In this document: one piece after another, positions 46,435-60,884 of the stretch
Layout: each line of letters opens with the position of its first letter
Numbering within the stretch: position 1 is the first letter of the stretch
From: Eledone cirrhosa
Lineage: Eukaryota
Direction: 5' to 3'
NCBI GenBank assembly: GCA_964016885.1
Contig: OZ024750.1
Span: 43,834,001-43,898,000 of the forward strand
Length of the DNA stretch: 64,000 nucleotides
Program-made: the position numbers and the translations under genes
The notes under the pieces: generated by a model
Database searches by the model: none
Seen by the model: the letters and a program-made list of their open reading frames with translations, nothing else
Told to the model about the DNA's origin: nothing

Positions 46435-46563
46435 AACTCCAGGTAGGAGCAACATGAATTAAAGTATCTTGCTCAAGGACATAACGCACCACCCGGTCCA
46501 GGAATCGAACTCACAACCTCAAGATTGTGAATCCTATTCGCTACCCACTGAGCCACACGCCTT
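46435..46563 (-). mobile_element. tRNA head + CORE-like segment of the second SINE family
   Basis: Reverse complement GGCGTGTGGCTCAGTGGGT (A box)..GAGTTCGATTCC (B box)..CCTTGAGCAAGATACTTTAA. Confidence 0.7.
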
Positions 46564-46574
46564 CGCATGTGATA

Positions 46575-46622
<48 letters not shown>

Positions 46623-46637
46623 GTATATATATGTATG

Positions 46638-46671
<34 letters not shown>

Positions 46672-46697
46672 TATATACACATATATATACATATACA

Positions 46698-46846
46698 TAC
46701 ATTCAAGGGCGGTGGCGCAGCATGGCCTCAGCCGGATGGCTGGAGCAGGTAATAGAGTATATATATGTATATATATATTCTTTTACTCTTTTACCTGTTG
46801 CATCCAACCGGCTGAGGCCATGCTGGGGCACAGCCCTTGAATGTAT
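46698..46846. repeat. Imperfect inverted repeat (tail-to-tail SINE-like ends)
   Basis: TACATTCAAGGGC..CAGCATGGCCTCAGCCGG ... CCGGCTGAGGCCATGCTG..GCCCTTGAATGTA. Confidence 0.8.
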
Positions 46847-47461
46847 GTATATGTATATATATGTACATATATATATATTCCCCATCGAGTGCTAAGTGCA
46901 TTCCGAATCTGCATTCGTTAGCTTGGACGCGACACAAAGCTTCGTTAATGCTGTACTAAAATTTGTATGTATATATATATTTTTCCACATTCCCGAATAT
47001 TTTTCGCGGATATAGAGGTTATCTCCCTTGCTGGATTCCATGTGCGTTTTCAGCTAGGGTTGGCTTTTTTATTCGTTTGGACAAAGCTCGTTGATAAAGT
47101 ATTTCCTGTCCGCCGCTCTCTAGAAGTCTTATATATTTTTATGTGGGCTGATAGTGGGCGATTTAAGGATTTACAGAAACCCAAGAAGCTAGATTTACCA
47201 TCTTTCTAGTGGGTCCGGGTAAGCTTTTTACATTCATATGATTTATTGATTTATTGATATTTTATCTGAGTGACCCGAATCTTCCTGATCGTAATTTTTC
47301 GGTCGTATGGTTGATTTTAGACATAATCTATGTGTGTTGGTATTTTAACGATAGTTATAGCTCTGATTTATCTGAATTATTGAGCCCTCTGCCACTCATG
47401 TCGAATTTTGTTTATCGTGAACTCGTGCGCCGATTTTTCGATACTCGATTATTCTACTATA

Positions 47462-47526
<65 letters not shown>

Positions 47527-47579
47527 GTATATATATATATGTATATATATATGTATATATATATATGTATATATATGTA

Positions 47580-50559
47580 TGAATAACTTTGAATAACTTT
47601 GAAATGTTTTGGCCAGTATTGGCCCAGGCCATGTCTAACTTAATAGCACCACCTGGCGAAGTCTTTCAATTCAGGATTTGGGCACCATGGCCCATTCGAG
47701 AAGAGAATTACTGTTTGCGGAGACATATCCGGGTGTGGGTGGTTTGTCCGGGATTACTTGGAGGAATTTGTCCAAAGACTTCTTGAATTTTGTGTGGTCA
47801 GTTTCTGTTTTGACGTGTCCTGGTGTGATGTTGAAGAGAGCAGGGCCGATTGAGGTGAAATAATTGTGCCGTATGGTTGTTATGAGTTGCGATTTAGATT
47901 TTTGAATGGGACGGATAGCACGGGGCCCAAGCCTTGGGTGTATCTTGAAGGCGATGCCAACATCATTTGGGCAGTGATGATGGAACATTTTCCACATCAT
48001 GCAGATAATATAACGCTCACGGCGACGTTGGAGTGAGTAAAGTTTCAGGTTTTCTAATCGACACCAGTAGTCAAGGTCTGACATGCCATCTATCTTTTTC
48101 GTGATTGCCCTTTGAGGAGCTTCAAGTTTCATGATACTTTGTTTCGTGTGGGGAGACCACAGTGGACAACAGTATTCAAGGTGTGGTCGGGCAAAAGTAG
48201 AGAAGAGAAGGATAATGGTGTGGGAATCTCTCTACTGGAAGGTTCTGAGGATCCAGGAACACATTCTGCGGGCCATGTCAACTTTGCTGCTTATATGCGT
48301 GGTCCAGCTTATGTTGCTGTCCACGGTTACTCCCAAGTCTCTGATGTTGTTAGATGCCACGAGAGTTTCCCCGGAGAGAAGGGAGTACGGGAGTTTCAGA
48401 GCATCCTCTTTTCCAAAGTGGATCAGTTCGAATTTGTCTTCGTTCAGTAACATGTTGTTCTTTTCCGCCCATTGGGTAACAGCCAGTAGGTCTGACTGAA
48501 GGCTTATCCGGTCATCCACGCCATTGATGACCTTTTGGAGCTTGGAATCATCGGCGAAAATTTTAATGTTGCTGTGTTTGATGATGTCAGTGATGTCATT
48601 AATATAGATGATGAAGAGAAGTGGGCCCAACACAGTGCCTTGTGGGACCCCACTACTGACTTTGGCTGGGCTGGATTTGACTCCTTCAACTACAACATGT
48701 TGGGTTCTGTTTGACAGGAAGCTCTTGATCCACTGCAGCAGCTTTCCAGTGACACCAATATTGGACAGCTTTCTCAGTAGAATGTTATGATCAACCCTGT
48801 CAAAGGCCTTGCTGAAATCAAGGTAGATAACATCAGTGTTGGAACCCTCTCCCAAGGCTCTCAAAATGTCATCAAAGTGATGCAGTAGCTGCGTCAGGCA
48901 ATCCCTTCCATTACGGAATCCATGCTGGTTGGAGTTCAGCATATTGTTACTCTCAAGGAAGTGGGTCATTCGCGATCTCACCACTCTCTCAAATACCTTA
49001 ATGATATGAGAGGTGATTGAGATTGGACGGTAATTCACGGCAAGGGATTTGTTTCCCTTTTTGAAAACTGGGACAACAGACTGGGATAGAAGGTTTTCTG
49101 GCACATATCCAGCATCCAGTGAGTTCCGCCACAGATTGGCAAGAGGAGATGCAAGTTGGTGTTGACACGCCTTCAAGACACAAGCAGGGAACCTATCGGG
49201 ACCTACTGCTGAATTATGCTTGATTTCCTTTATTGACGCTAAGACATCAGGGGCGCCAAACGTTATGTCCGATAAGGTGTAATGGGGAGTAACATCGCCG
49301 ATACAGCCCAGATCGGCCATATCAGGATTGCTGAAAACAGAGCAGTATTGTTTCTGCAGTATCTCACCCATTGTTTTAGCATTGTCTTGAAGAGTGCCAT
49401 TTTCATCAATTAGAGGGCCAACAGTAGAGCCAGTGATTTTGTGTTTTTTTGCAAATGAAAAGAACACTTTGGGATTGAGTTTGATCTTCTCAATGGCCCA
49501 GGCCTCTTCAGCTCTTCTCTGATTGTTGATGAGAGACATTATGTTGTTTTGGAGGTTATGTTTTTTAATCTCTAGTGATGAAATGGCAGTCAAGTTGATG
49601 TGTTGCTGCTGACAGTATTTCAGCTTGTTGATTTTTTTGTTCGTTCTCTTAATTTTTCTGATGAGCGTTTTTCTATTTCTAGGGATTCTGCTCTTAGATT
49701 TGTTTATAGTTCTTAATGGGGTGTGTTTTGCACATATGTTTGTAACAGTGTCCACAAATGTCTGCCAGGACTTTTTGATGTTAGTGGGTGTATGAGTGTG
49801 CGTGAAGGACCAGTCGACATGTGCAAGATCATGACTGATCGCTTCCCAGTTTGCATTGTGGAAATCCATAGCGTCAAACGGATGGACAGGAGAGATGACA
49901 TTGGGTTTGTATATTGGACGGTGGAATCTCAGATCACAGAGAACCATGTCATGATCAGAGAGTAGAGTTTTCTCCACTGCAATATTGTGGATATTGTCAG
50001 TGTGATTGCTGAAAATTAAGTCTAGGACGTTTTTGTAGCACCTCGTTGGTTCGAGCACCAGTTGGGATAGGAAGAAATCATCCATGAAGTCAAGAAGCGA
50101 TTCCACTGCTTCCCTGTCAGAGGTTGCGGCAGAAGAACCTGGTGGCAGGCTGTTTGTGGACCAGTCAACTCCGGGGAGGTTGAAGTCCCCCATCATTAAG
50201 ATGTTGTCAGGGTGACACTCTTGGATGAAACACTTTATGCTGTTGAGGCATTCCTTGAAGCATGGTACAGGCGTTTGGGGTGGCCTATAGAGCCCAACTA
50301 CTATTAGTTATTGGTTTGACTGAATACAGTGACTGCTTCACAGTATCCATTAGTGAATATGTTCATAGCCTCTGTTGAGAAAGAATTATGGACATAAATG
50401 GCAGTTCCACCCTTTCTTCTGCCAGCGCGATCAGCACGGATGGCTTTGAAATTTTTCACTTTCACCTCGGCTTCCACGTGGAGGTTACTGAGATGGGGTT
50501 CAGTGAGGACGAAGAAAGGGATGTGGTTTGGATGGACATCAATCCAGTCCTCCAGGAAT

Positions 50560-50560
<1 letters not shown>
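47580..50560 (-). pseudogene. CR1-group LINE ORF2 (APE + RT), nearly full length, one frameshift and one stop
   Basis: [32 protein letters not shown]; YRPISIT, YLDFSKAFD, GVPQGTVLGP, FADD; frameshift near 50305, in-frame TAG at 48232-48234; 3' tandem (TTCAAAGTTA)n tail; (TA)n both sides. Confidence 0.92.
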
Positions 50561-51440
<880 letters not shown>

Positions 51441-51965
51441 ACATACACACATACATAAAATCTATGAGTATATGAACAATTCAATATTGAGGCCAATAAA
51501 TAAATAAATAATTAATAAACTTGTACGAGAAAGAAATTGGAATATTGAATAAATTACAAGACTGATTAATTTCGATCGTTGTTGATCTTCATCAGTTTGC
51601 AGACGCATCATTTCCAAAGACTGCTTATCATTATTGTTTTTATTATTGATGGTGTTGTTGTTATTGTTAATCTTTTTCCTCTTTTTCTTTTCTTCTTCTT
51701 CTACTTCTTTTTCTTTTTCTTTTTCTTTTTCTTTTTCTTTTTCTTTTTCTTCTTCTATTATTATTATTTATTGGGGAAGAAAATAGAAAGCAAACGGAAA
51801 TGAGGAAGTAAAAACATTAGCATATATAATTATCAATTATGTCTTTTTAAAAAAAAAAAATTACCTCCCCGTTCTCCTTCCTATAATCATGTATCATCCA
51901 TGTAGTATTAACACATACAAGAAAGAGAGAGAGAGATGGAAGTAATTTAAAGTTTATTTACTTAC

Positions 51966-52116
51966 ATTTTACAGTGCCATCACTTCTGGTATCAACGTTT
52001 CAGATAAACCATTATTCCTGTATTGCTGTATCACCTTTTTCACAGTTCTTTCGTCTCAGATATTCTTGTACTTGATTTTGGCATATCAGAACCACATTTC
52101 TATACTTCCATGTTGG
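51966..52116 (-). other. Candidate exon (UTR/non-coding or stop-containing)
   Basis: TTTTGTTACAG acceptor and AAT|GTAAGT donor, 151 nt; every frame has a stop (best PTWKYRNVVLICQNQVQEYLRRKNCEKGDTAIQE*). Confidence 0.3.
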
Positions 52117-52250
52117 CTGTAACAAAATAGAATGGATTGGAAACATAGTACACACACATACACACAGACACACATACACACACAGATACACACACACACG
52201 TATATCAATGCCCAAACGCGACCCCACATATATACATATATGTGTGTGTG

Positions 52251-52279
<29 letters not shown>

Positions 52280-52282
<3 letters not shown>

Positions 52283-52471
52283 ACGAAGGAATTGTGGTAA
52301 GGAACCAGATGGACCATAACGCACCAGAGTACTCAGCACTTATGGTAGTAGATTTTTGAAATAGGAAAAAGTATGACCTCGACGGCAGAGCTCAAGCAGC
52401 TTCGACGGCTATTTCTGGACAGAAATAGCCGTCGAAACGGCTTGAGCTCTGCCGTCGGTGTCATACTTTTT

Positions 52472-52476
<5 letters not shown>
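52280..52476 (-). mobile_element. Fold-back mini-element (family T), 56-bp arms
   Basis: Arms 52361-52416 and 52421-52476, GGAC loop; flanked by (TA)n. Confidence 0.88.
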
Positions 52477-52528
<52 letters not shown>

Positions 52529-53087
52529 CTGTGTCAGCTTCAATCGGGGGTAACCACAGTAAGTAAAGTACTCAATACATAGTAGAATATATATAATATT
52601 TATTATAGAAGTGGCTTCTACAGGACTAGAACTGTGAAAGACGAGGTTAATATAAGTATATTGAGAAACATGTGAGGAATCAAATCCCTCATCCCTCGAG
52701 GAACCCAACTACATCCATAACTGTGATTCCCTTTTACATGTTTTCTTTTGTCATGTACAAGAAAGACACACATGCTAACAAAACAAAACAAAACTGACGA
52801 ACGTTTGTCGTTTTTGTCATTAATTCTTCATTTAGATAGTTAATGTTAATTATAAAACTACTTTGAATACCCGTATCTTTCTTCTGTCCTTCCCTACCCC
52901 ACTCTTTTCCCCAGTCTCTATCTGTCTCTCTTTTCAACTCATAAGCTCCTCTGTGAACAAATTCATAAGATCATCTTTATGTGTCAAGTAATGTAATCGA
53001 AGATAGTCAATTTCCAGGATCTATACTCACCCAAACACACACACAATACAAATCAATATCTCCACATAGTACCGACAATAAAATAGT

Positions 53088-53264
53088 TGTTTTTACATTT
53101 GGCAACAAGGCCAGTGCATTACTGGTACTTTATTTTATCGACCCCGTAAGGATGAAAGGCAAAGTTAACCTCGACGGGATTTGAACTCAGACCGTAAAGG
53201 GCCGTAGCTCTATGCTGGAAAGCATGGCGTCCGACCCTCTACCGATACCGCCAATTCACCGCCC
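53088..53264 (-). mobile_element. SINE flanked by about 100-bp direct repeats
   Basis: 52984-53087 repeated at 53265-53360. Confidence 0.88.
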
Positions 53265-53462
53265 TCAAGTAATGTAATCGAAGATAGTTAATTTCCAGGA
53301 TCTATACTCACCCCCACCACACAAATCAATATCTCCACATGATACTGACAATAAAATAGTGAACATAACTAGAGGAAGTTTATATTCCTCTTTCTGCTCA
53401 TTTGCATATATTATTCATTTCTGAAGAAGCTACTCCCCAGGTTAATTAAATAGTGTGGTTAA

Positions 53463-53828
53463 TTCTTCTTCTTCTTCTTCTTCTTCTTCTTCTTCTTCTT
53501 CTTCTTCTTCTTCTTCTTCTTGAGAGGGGCGTGGGGGCAGAGTCCTCAACCACTCCCCCCAGCAGGTCCTGTCAGAAGCAACCGTCTCCAATTGATCGAC
53601 CTGGAGCGCCAAGTGTGACCGGCCGAGCTCATGGATGTTATCCAACCATTTTGCTCGGGGTCTACCCCTGGGTTTCCTGCTGGCTGGTTTTGCCCGTAAA
53701 ATCTGTCCAGCGATTCTTTCTTGAGACATTCTAACCCCATGACCATAGTATCGGAGCTGTGATCTCTCAATTCGGAGAAGTAGCGGCTCTACCAGGAGGA
53801 ACTCTCTGATCTCCATAATCCTTGGTAA
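53463..53828 (-). mobile_element. RTE LINE 3' fragment with (GAA)n tail and TSD
   Basis: LLRIERSQLRYYGHGVRM...RKPRGRPRAKWLD; TAATTAAATA(G/T)TGTGGTTA on both sides. Confidence 0.85.
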
Positions 53829-54356
53829 GGCTAATTAAATATTGTGGTTAGTCCTTCTTGATCACAGTATACCAGAACCTTCCTTAACACAAATATAAAA
53901 GTTCATTCCGAAAATTTATCTGTACTTCCTTCAATTCTTGTATGAACCAAATATTTTCTCTATACATTCTTGTAATTCGTTTTAGTAAAACCCAGTCTTC
54001 GGCCGTCTCTGTTGAGTATTTGTGTTACCCCTTACTAACAATGATGGCATTACTATTTGTCTGACATGAAATATTAAACTTAAACCATGATGTGGTAGAC
54101 ATAATCCCTCACCTGGTTTAATGCCAACACCTGGATCTGTAATGCAGTCTGCTCGGGTTGACTTCTAAAAGAATAATTTCAGTTGTCGTTTCAAAGAGTT
54201 TTAAATCATGTCACACAGCCAAAATTTTACTTTGATATCAAGCTTTATAATTAAATAAATATGGAGTATGTCGATTCCAGAAGAAAGGCTTATTTGCAAT
54301 ATTGTGTTTTTTTGTGTTTATTCTACAATATTCTACAACTTTCCAGTATAGAATAA

Positions 54357-54545
54357 TTGTTTCTACTTTTGGCACAAGGCCAGCAAATACCCAGTGCATT
54401 ACTGGTACTTTATTTTATCAACCCCGGTAAGGATGAAAGGCAAAGTTAACCTCGGCGGGATTTGAACTCAGATCGTAAAGGCCCGTAACACCATGCTGCA
54501 AAGCATGGCGTCCGACCCTCTACCGATACTGCCAACCCACCGCCC
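54357..54545 (-). mobile_element. SINE with 19-bp TSD
   Basis: CTTTCCAGTATAGAATAAT on both sides. Confidence 0.9.
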
Positions 54546-54658
54546 TTTCCAGTATAGAATAATGTTGTGCCACAAATCAGCCCCACCTACGCCAGCTCGT
54601 TTCCTGTCTGAAATAGGTTCTCATCACCTCTTCAAAAGGCACACTTCCTTTGTATATA

Positions 54659-54725
<67 letters not shown>

Positions 54726-56472
54726 GTTTATGTGTTTCGGTAATGATTACTACATTGACCGAATATTTTTTGTCGCTTTTATTTTATCTACCACAACTAA
54801 AGTCCAGATAAAATTAAATATTCCTTTACAAGTATCTCAGGCATCCAGGATTTAAAAATTATTTGCTGAATCAACAAGTCATGGACTATCAGATGGATAT
54901 TTCGTGCGAAATACATTCGGAGCTGTTTTAAAGGAATCGTGATATACTTGAGGAAAGATTCAAACTGTGTCTGATTGTTGGGACAACTCTGATCTTGTTT
55001 TCACAGTATTAGAACCTCGTCAGCGAAGCATACACAACACATTTTATCGTTTTAACTACAAAAGATCAGACACATTTTCCAATGCATAATAACTTTAACA
55101 TTTAATCAGTTGACATGTCTGAGTTATCTCTATTGCCCAGTTTCAGATGCATTTTCATTAATGGTAATGACTTTCTTGTCATATGAATTAGCTAATTATA
55201 CTTGTAAGTTCACTATATTAATTATGTTGGCCTCCTATTTAACTGAGGTTCTTCAGTGTTTTGTCTTGAGAGCCTGCTACATACAGCCTGGCTTTTTAAC
55301 AATCCAGGGTCAATTGAATAATATGAGAGTGGAGTTGAATCAATGGAGAGCGTCTGTCTCCCCTTTAAATTAAAACATGTCTACTTCTTAAGTAAGAGAT
55401 CAATAATGAATTTCTAAACAGCAGATACAAAGCCTATTATAGATTCATGCATGAAGAGAAGGATGTGTATTTACAAACTCCGCCATTGAGAATCCACTCA
55501 TCTTTCCTCTGTTGATTATCTTTTAATGAATCAATACCGGAAATTGGATGCAACTATAAAGTTAATAGCCACAAGTATAAACCTATACTGAACATCACAT
55601 TATCTACAGTGAACCATGCACAACAATTTTAGGAATTAAGTTTTTATTTTTGAAGTTTTTTTTATTGTATTTTCTTTTTCTGTTGTTCCAGGCTGACTGG
55701 AAGAAGTAAATGATTGAAAACTCTATTTAAAATCACTGTTGTTAGTTTAGATTAAACATTTGTCTTTTACAGTCCGTATTTAAGTTGGCAATCAGTTTTC
55801 TTACTACATAAATACTTTCTACAATTGAATCATTCTTCAGTAATTGTTTCTGTAATTACTGACCAAATAAACGACTAAATATGATAAACAGACTTAGAAA
55901 ATACAAACAGTTCCTGTATGTTTAGGGACATGGAGACGGTTAGGTTTAGGGTTAGTTAATAAAGGTGTGGTAGAATTGAAAATATTTGAAAATATTTTAT
56001 GAATAGTATAATTAATCTTAGAATCATTATGTTGTTGAATAACCATCAATACATATTTTTCATTTAACAACGACCACAAAGATTATGAGTACTGTACTTT
56101 ATTCCGGACAAAACATAAAAAAAGAAAATACGTGGAAAAATCTGAGAATTCGGCGGGCAGCTAGAAATTGATGCCTATTCTCCCGAAAGCTAAACACACG
56201 GTCTTGAAAAGATAAAGGCACTTTAGAAAAATATAGTTAGGTCAAAGGTCCGTACTTTATTGCTGGTCCTCATGAATTGACCAGGAAAAAGAACGACGAT
56301 TGATGAGGGTAATGATCAAACGCATTTAAACCCTGATTCACCAGTTTTCGTTAGGTTGACAGAATTATTCAAATGTAAAACGGGATACTGTACAGTACGT
56401 CATGCGGCAGTGTGACATCTGTGTTTTAATCTCGCTTTGTTTCTATCGGGAGTTAGGTCCTGTAGATAATAT

Positions 56473-56654
56473 AACTGTTTCTATTTTAGGCACAAGGCCA
56501 GCAATCACCCAGTGCATTACTGGTACTTTATTTTATCCACCCCGTAAGGATGAAAGGCAAAGTCAACCTCGGCGGGATTTGAACTCAGATCGTAAAGGGA
56601 CGTAACTATGCTGGAAAGCATGGTGTCTGACCCTCTACCGATACTGACATTCCA
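56473..56654 (-). mobile_element. SINE with 12-bp TSD
   Basis: CTGTAGATAATA on both sides. Confidence 0.9.
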
Positions 56655-57084
56655 CTGTAGATAATAAAACGATTGGATAAACAAATAGTAACATGGTTTC
56701 CATGGTCCGATCTAATAATCGGCTTCTTTTTATTCTCTTTCTATAAGCTGCCGTCGCAGACCAGAACCAGTTTCTTCGAATGCCAACATTTTGCTTAGCT
56801 TCCGTTCTGCGATCTCTTACGTTAACGAAGGCAATAAATTGAGAGAAAGCAGACGATATATGTATGAGTACAAATTGCCCTACATGCATCACACATGCCA
56901 GTGCAGACGGAATTTTGAATACATTTTATGTGATTCTTAATTTCTAGCAAGAGAAATGAAATCCTGATTGTGTAATCAGAAAATGGCAAATTACAGTTTG
57001 GTATTACTTTCCTGAGAATAAGGTACAGGGAATTTAGATTTTAGGATTCTTCCATAACAGTAACATATACACATACATACTTGT

Positions 57085-57085
57085 G

Positions 57086-57140
<55 letters not shown>

Positions 57141-57280
57141 CACATTACATATATATATATTTGTAATTATGTGTCTGTATGTATATATATTTATAAATAT
57201 ATACATACACACACATAATTAAAAGTAGATATTTATATGTATGTAATGTGAGGGTATGTATATATATATATATATGTATG

Positions 57281-57314
<34 letters not shown>

Positions 57315-57467
57315 TGTATGTATGTATGTATGTATGTATGTATAAATGTATATATATATATGTGTGTGTATATATGTATATATATATATGTGTGTGTATA
57401 TATGTATATATATGTTATTATATATATAATTACAAGTAGATATTTATATGTATGTAATGTGTGTGTA

Positions 57468-57529
<62 letters not shown>

Positions 57530-57681
57530 CGCATGTATGTATGTATGTATGTCTATGTATGTATGTATATATATATATGTATGTATGTATATATATACAT
57601 ATATATGTATGTATGTATATATATATATATGTATGTATATATATATATATGTATGTATATATATATATATATATATATGTG

Positions 57682-57715
<34 letters not shown>

Positions 57716-57931
57716 TGTATGTATGTATGTATGTATGTATGTATGTATGTATGTATGTATGTATGTATATGTATGTATATGTATGTATATATATGTATAT
57801 ATATATATGAATGTATGTATGTATGTATATATGTATATAGGTATATATGTATGTATATATATGTATATATATGTATGTATGTATATGCATATATATATGT
57901 ATATATATATATATATATGTATATATACGTA

Positions 57932-57965
<34 letters not shown>

Positions 57966-57970
57966 GTATG

Positions 57971-58001
<31 letters not shown>

Positions 58002-58104
58002 CCTCGTTCAGCCCATCGATAGGGGTTCTCCTACCTGGATATAAAGTAGTGGCCGTACTCAAAAACGAGTTGGCAGCCACCATATATATGTATATATATA
58101 TATG

Positions 58105-58151
<47 letters not shown>

Positions 58152-58241
58152 GTATATGTATATATTTATAAATATATAAATATATATATATATATAAATA
58201 TATAAATATATATATATATATAAATATATAAATATATATAT

Positions 58242-58310
<69 letters not shown>
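57085..58310. repeat. (TATG)n/(TA)n arrays
   Basis: Directly visible. Confidence 0.92.
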
Positions 58311-58313
<3 letters not shown>

Positions 58314-58794
58314 CGTCACTTTCAGCTTATATCTAGAGCCTAAAAGTCAACCACACCCAATATAAGTTACATTAGGAGATCCTAGCTAGGGCTAGATCGT
58401 ATAACGGAAATAAAAGACTATGTAACCGCTGCGCCGCTGAGGCCCTGGAAATACTCTACGCCAAAGACCACATCTTAAACAAAATATCTGAAGCAATTTC
58501 GGCTTGTAAACATAAATTGCACAAAACTTTCCCGTACCCTAACGGATAGTACGAACTATACGCGGATATTTTACGCCTTGATGTGGTAGCTAAGTATATG
58601 TTTATACCATTACTTATTTGTATAGATAAGTATATATTACCTGTATGTTTTGTGAATGTACGTATACTTTCTCGTACGTATATTTGCTTGTATATGTTAT
58701 GGCGTATATATTATATATACTGGTACATGTGCATTTGGTTGTGTATACGTGAGTTTTGCGCCTGTGTGTGTATGCGGGTTTGTACGTATGTAGG

Positions 58795-59040
58795 GTGTGT
58801 GTATTTGTTGCGTGTAATTCTTTTCATCGGTCCAAATAATGACGTATTATCCTCGTTTTTTTCCGTTCTTTGCCAGGGAACGTTTCCACGAACCAAAGTA
58901 TCGTCTTCCTGTCTTACGTCGGTTGTAACGTTTTTTGAAATATTTACTTCTGCGTTCACAGATTGATTTTTTTAGTTGAAGAATATCCCGTTAAGGGTGA
59001 AAGCAGCGATTCTTTGCTTAAACTTTAAATTGTTATTTTC
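58795..59040 (-). repeat. Dispersed repeat, inverted copy of 16135-16385
   Basis: Direct by-eye alignment. Confidence 0.8.
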
Positions 59041-59256
59041 CTAAATATATAAATATATATATTTATATACATATTTATATATTTATATACATATATTTAT
59101 ATACATATATATATATATATATTTATATTTATTTATATATATATATTTATATTTATTTATATATTTATATATTTATTTATATATTTATAGACATATTTAT
59201 ATATATATATGTTTATATTTATTTATATATTTATATACATATTTATATATGTATAC

Positions 59257-59288
<32 letters not shown>

Positions 59289-59769
59289 TTTCATGTAAAC
59301 AAACATTCGGCTCAATCTGACGTCACCAGCCCTGTTTTTCCACATGTGCGGTTTATTTTCATAATCACGTATGATGTTAAACTAACCTGCTTTTAAATTT
59401 TCTTTTTGGCATATTAATCAGTGAGAATCTGACTATCGTGTTGAGATCTGCTCATGATCGTATTCCAACCGGGACCATCTCCACTGGAAGTTTACTATAC
59501 AGAGCATTTGGAGTTGTCCCAAATTGAAGGATGAGTATTTAACACTTTATTTTATCATGAGTTATGGATCTATTGATTTTTCAATGGATTTCAATAAATT
59601 CTGTTGGATAAATCTATATCCTGATTCTTTTTGAATTGAGTTTTAATTATTTTTCCTACATCTTACGCTAACTATTTTCCCATTTTGACGCTATAGTCAC
59701 TTATATATTATGGAATACTTTTGGCTTCGTGCTATAATACTTTCTATACCTTTCATGTATATATATACC

Positions 59770-59929
<160 letters not shown>

Positions 59930-59937
59930 TATATATT

Positions 59938-60010
<73 letters not shown>

Positions 60011-60095
60011 TTATATTTATATATATACATATATATACATCTATATATATTTAGATATATATATATTTATATATATATTTATATATATATATATT

Positions 60096-60126
<31 letters not shown>

Positions 60127-60142
60127 ATAAATATATATAAAT

Positions 60143-60193
<51 letters not shown>

Positions 60194-60545
60194 CATATAT
60201 ATGTATATATATATATATATATATACATATATATGTATATATATATATATATATATACATATATATGAATATGTATATAAATATATAAACATGTATATAA
60301 ATTTATACATATGTATATAAATATGTATATAAAGTTTCTGAATTTGTTTAGCAAGATTCTTTATCTGAAATCGTGTGTTGAAACCGATATTGTTATACTT
60401 TGGGAGGGTCATGTTGCCAATAAGAAACACACGCACCAGTTGCTTTCACTTCAATTTAATTTAATATATATTTATAAATTTACAAATTTATAAATTTCTG
60501 GTTGGTTGGTTGGTTCCACAACCAGATAGTTGTTTATATATATAT

Positions 60546-60590
60546 AGTCATAGTTCTTTCGTCACACACTCTGTGACCTCTTCAGTGACT
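60546..60590 (-). ncRNA. Type I hammerhead ribozyme in the pLTR (family C)
   Basis: AGUCA-CUGAAGA-G-GUCACA-GAGUG-UGUGAC-GAAA-GAA-CUA|UGACU. Confidence 0.85.
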
Positions 60591-60884
60591 GGGGATTTCT
60601 TTCTTCGTTTCTGTGCCTTTCCTTTCTTCTATCCTACGCCATTTTGTTTGTGTGTGGGTTGCGTGCTCAGTTTGCGCATGCGCCACATCCGGGTGTCTGT
60701 GTGTGTTTGTGTTCATTTTTCTATTTTTCTATTTATATTTGTTTGTTTATTTATTTATTTATTGTTGGTTGGTTGTTTGTTCTATGTGTGTGTGTGTTTT
60801 CATTTTGTCTTGTGTGTGTTTTCATTTTGTGTGTGTTTTCAATTGTAAGTTGTTTATATATGTGTGTGTGTTTTCATTTTGTCC

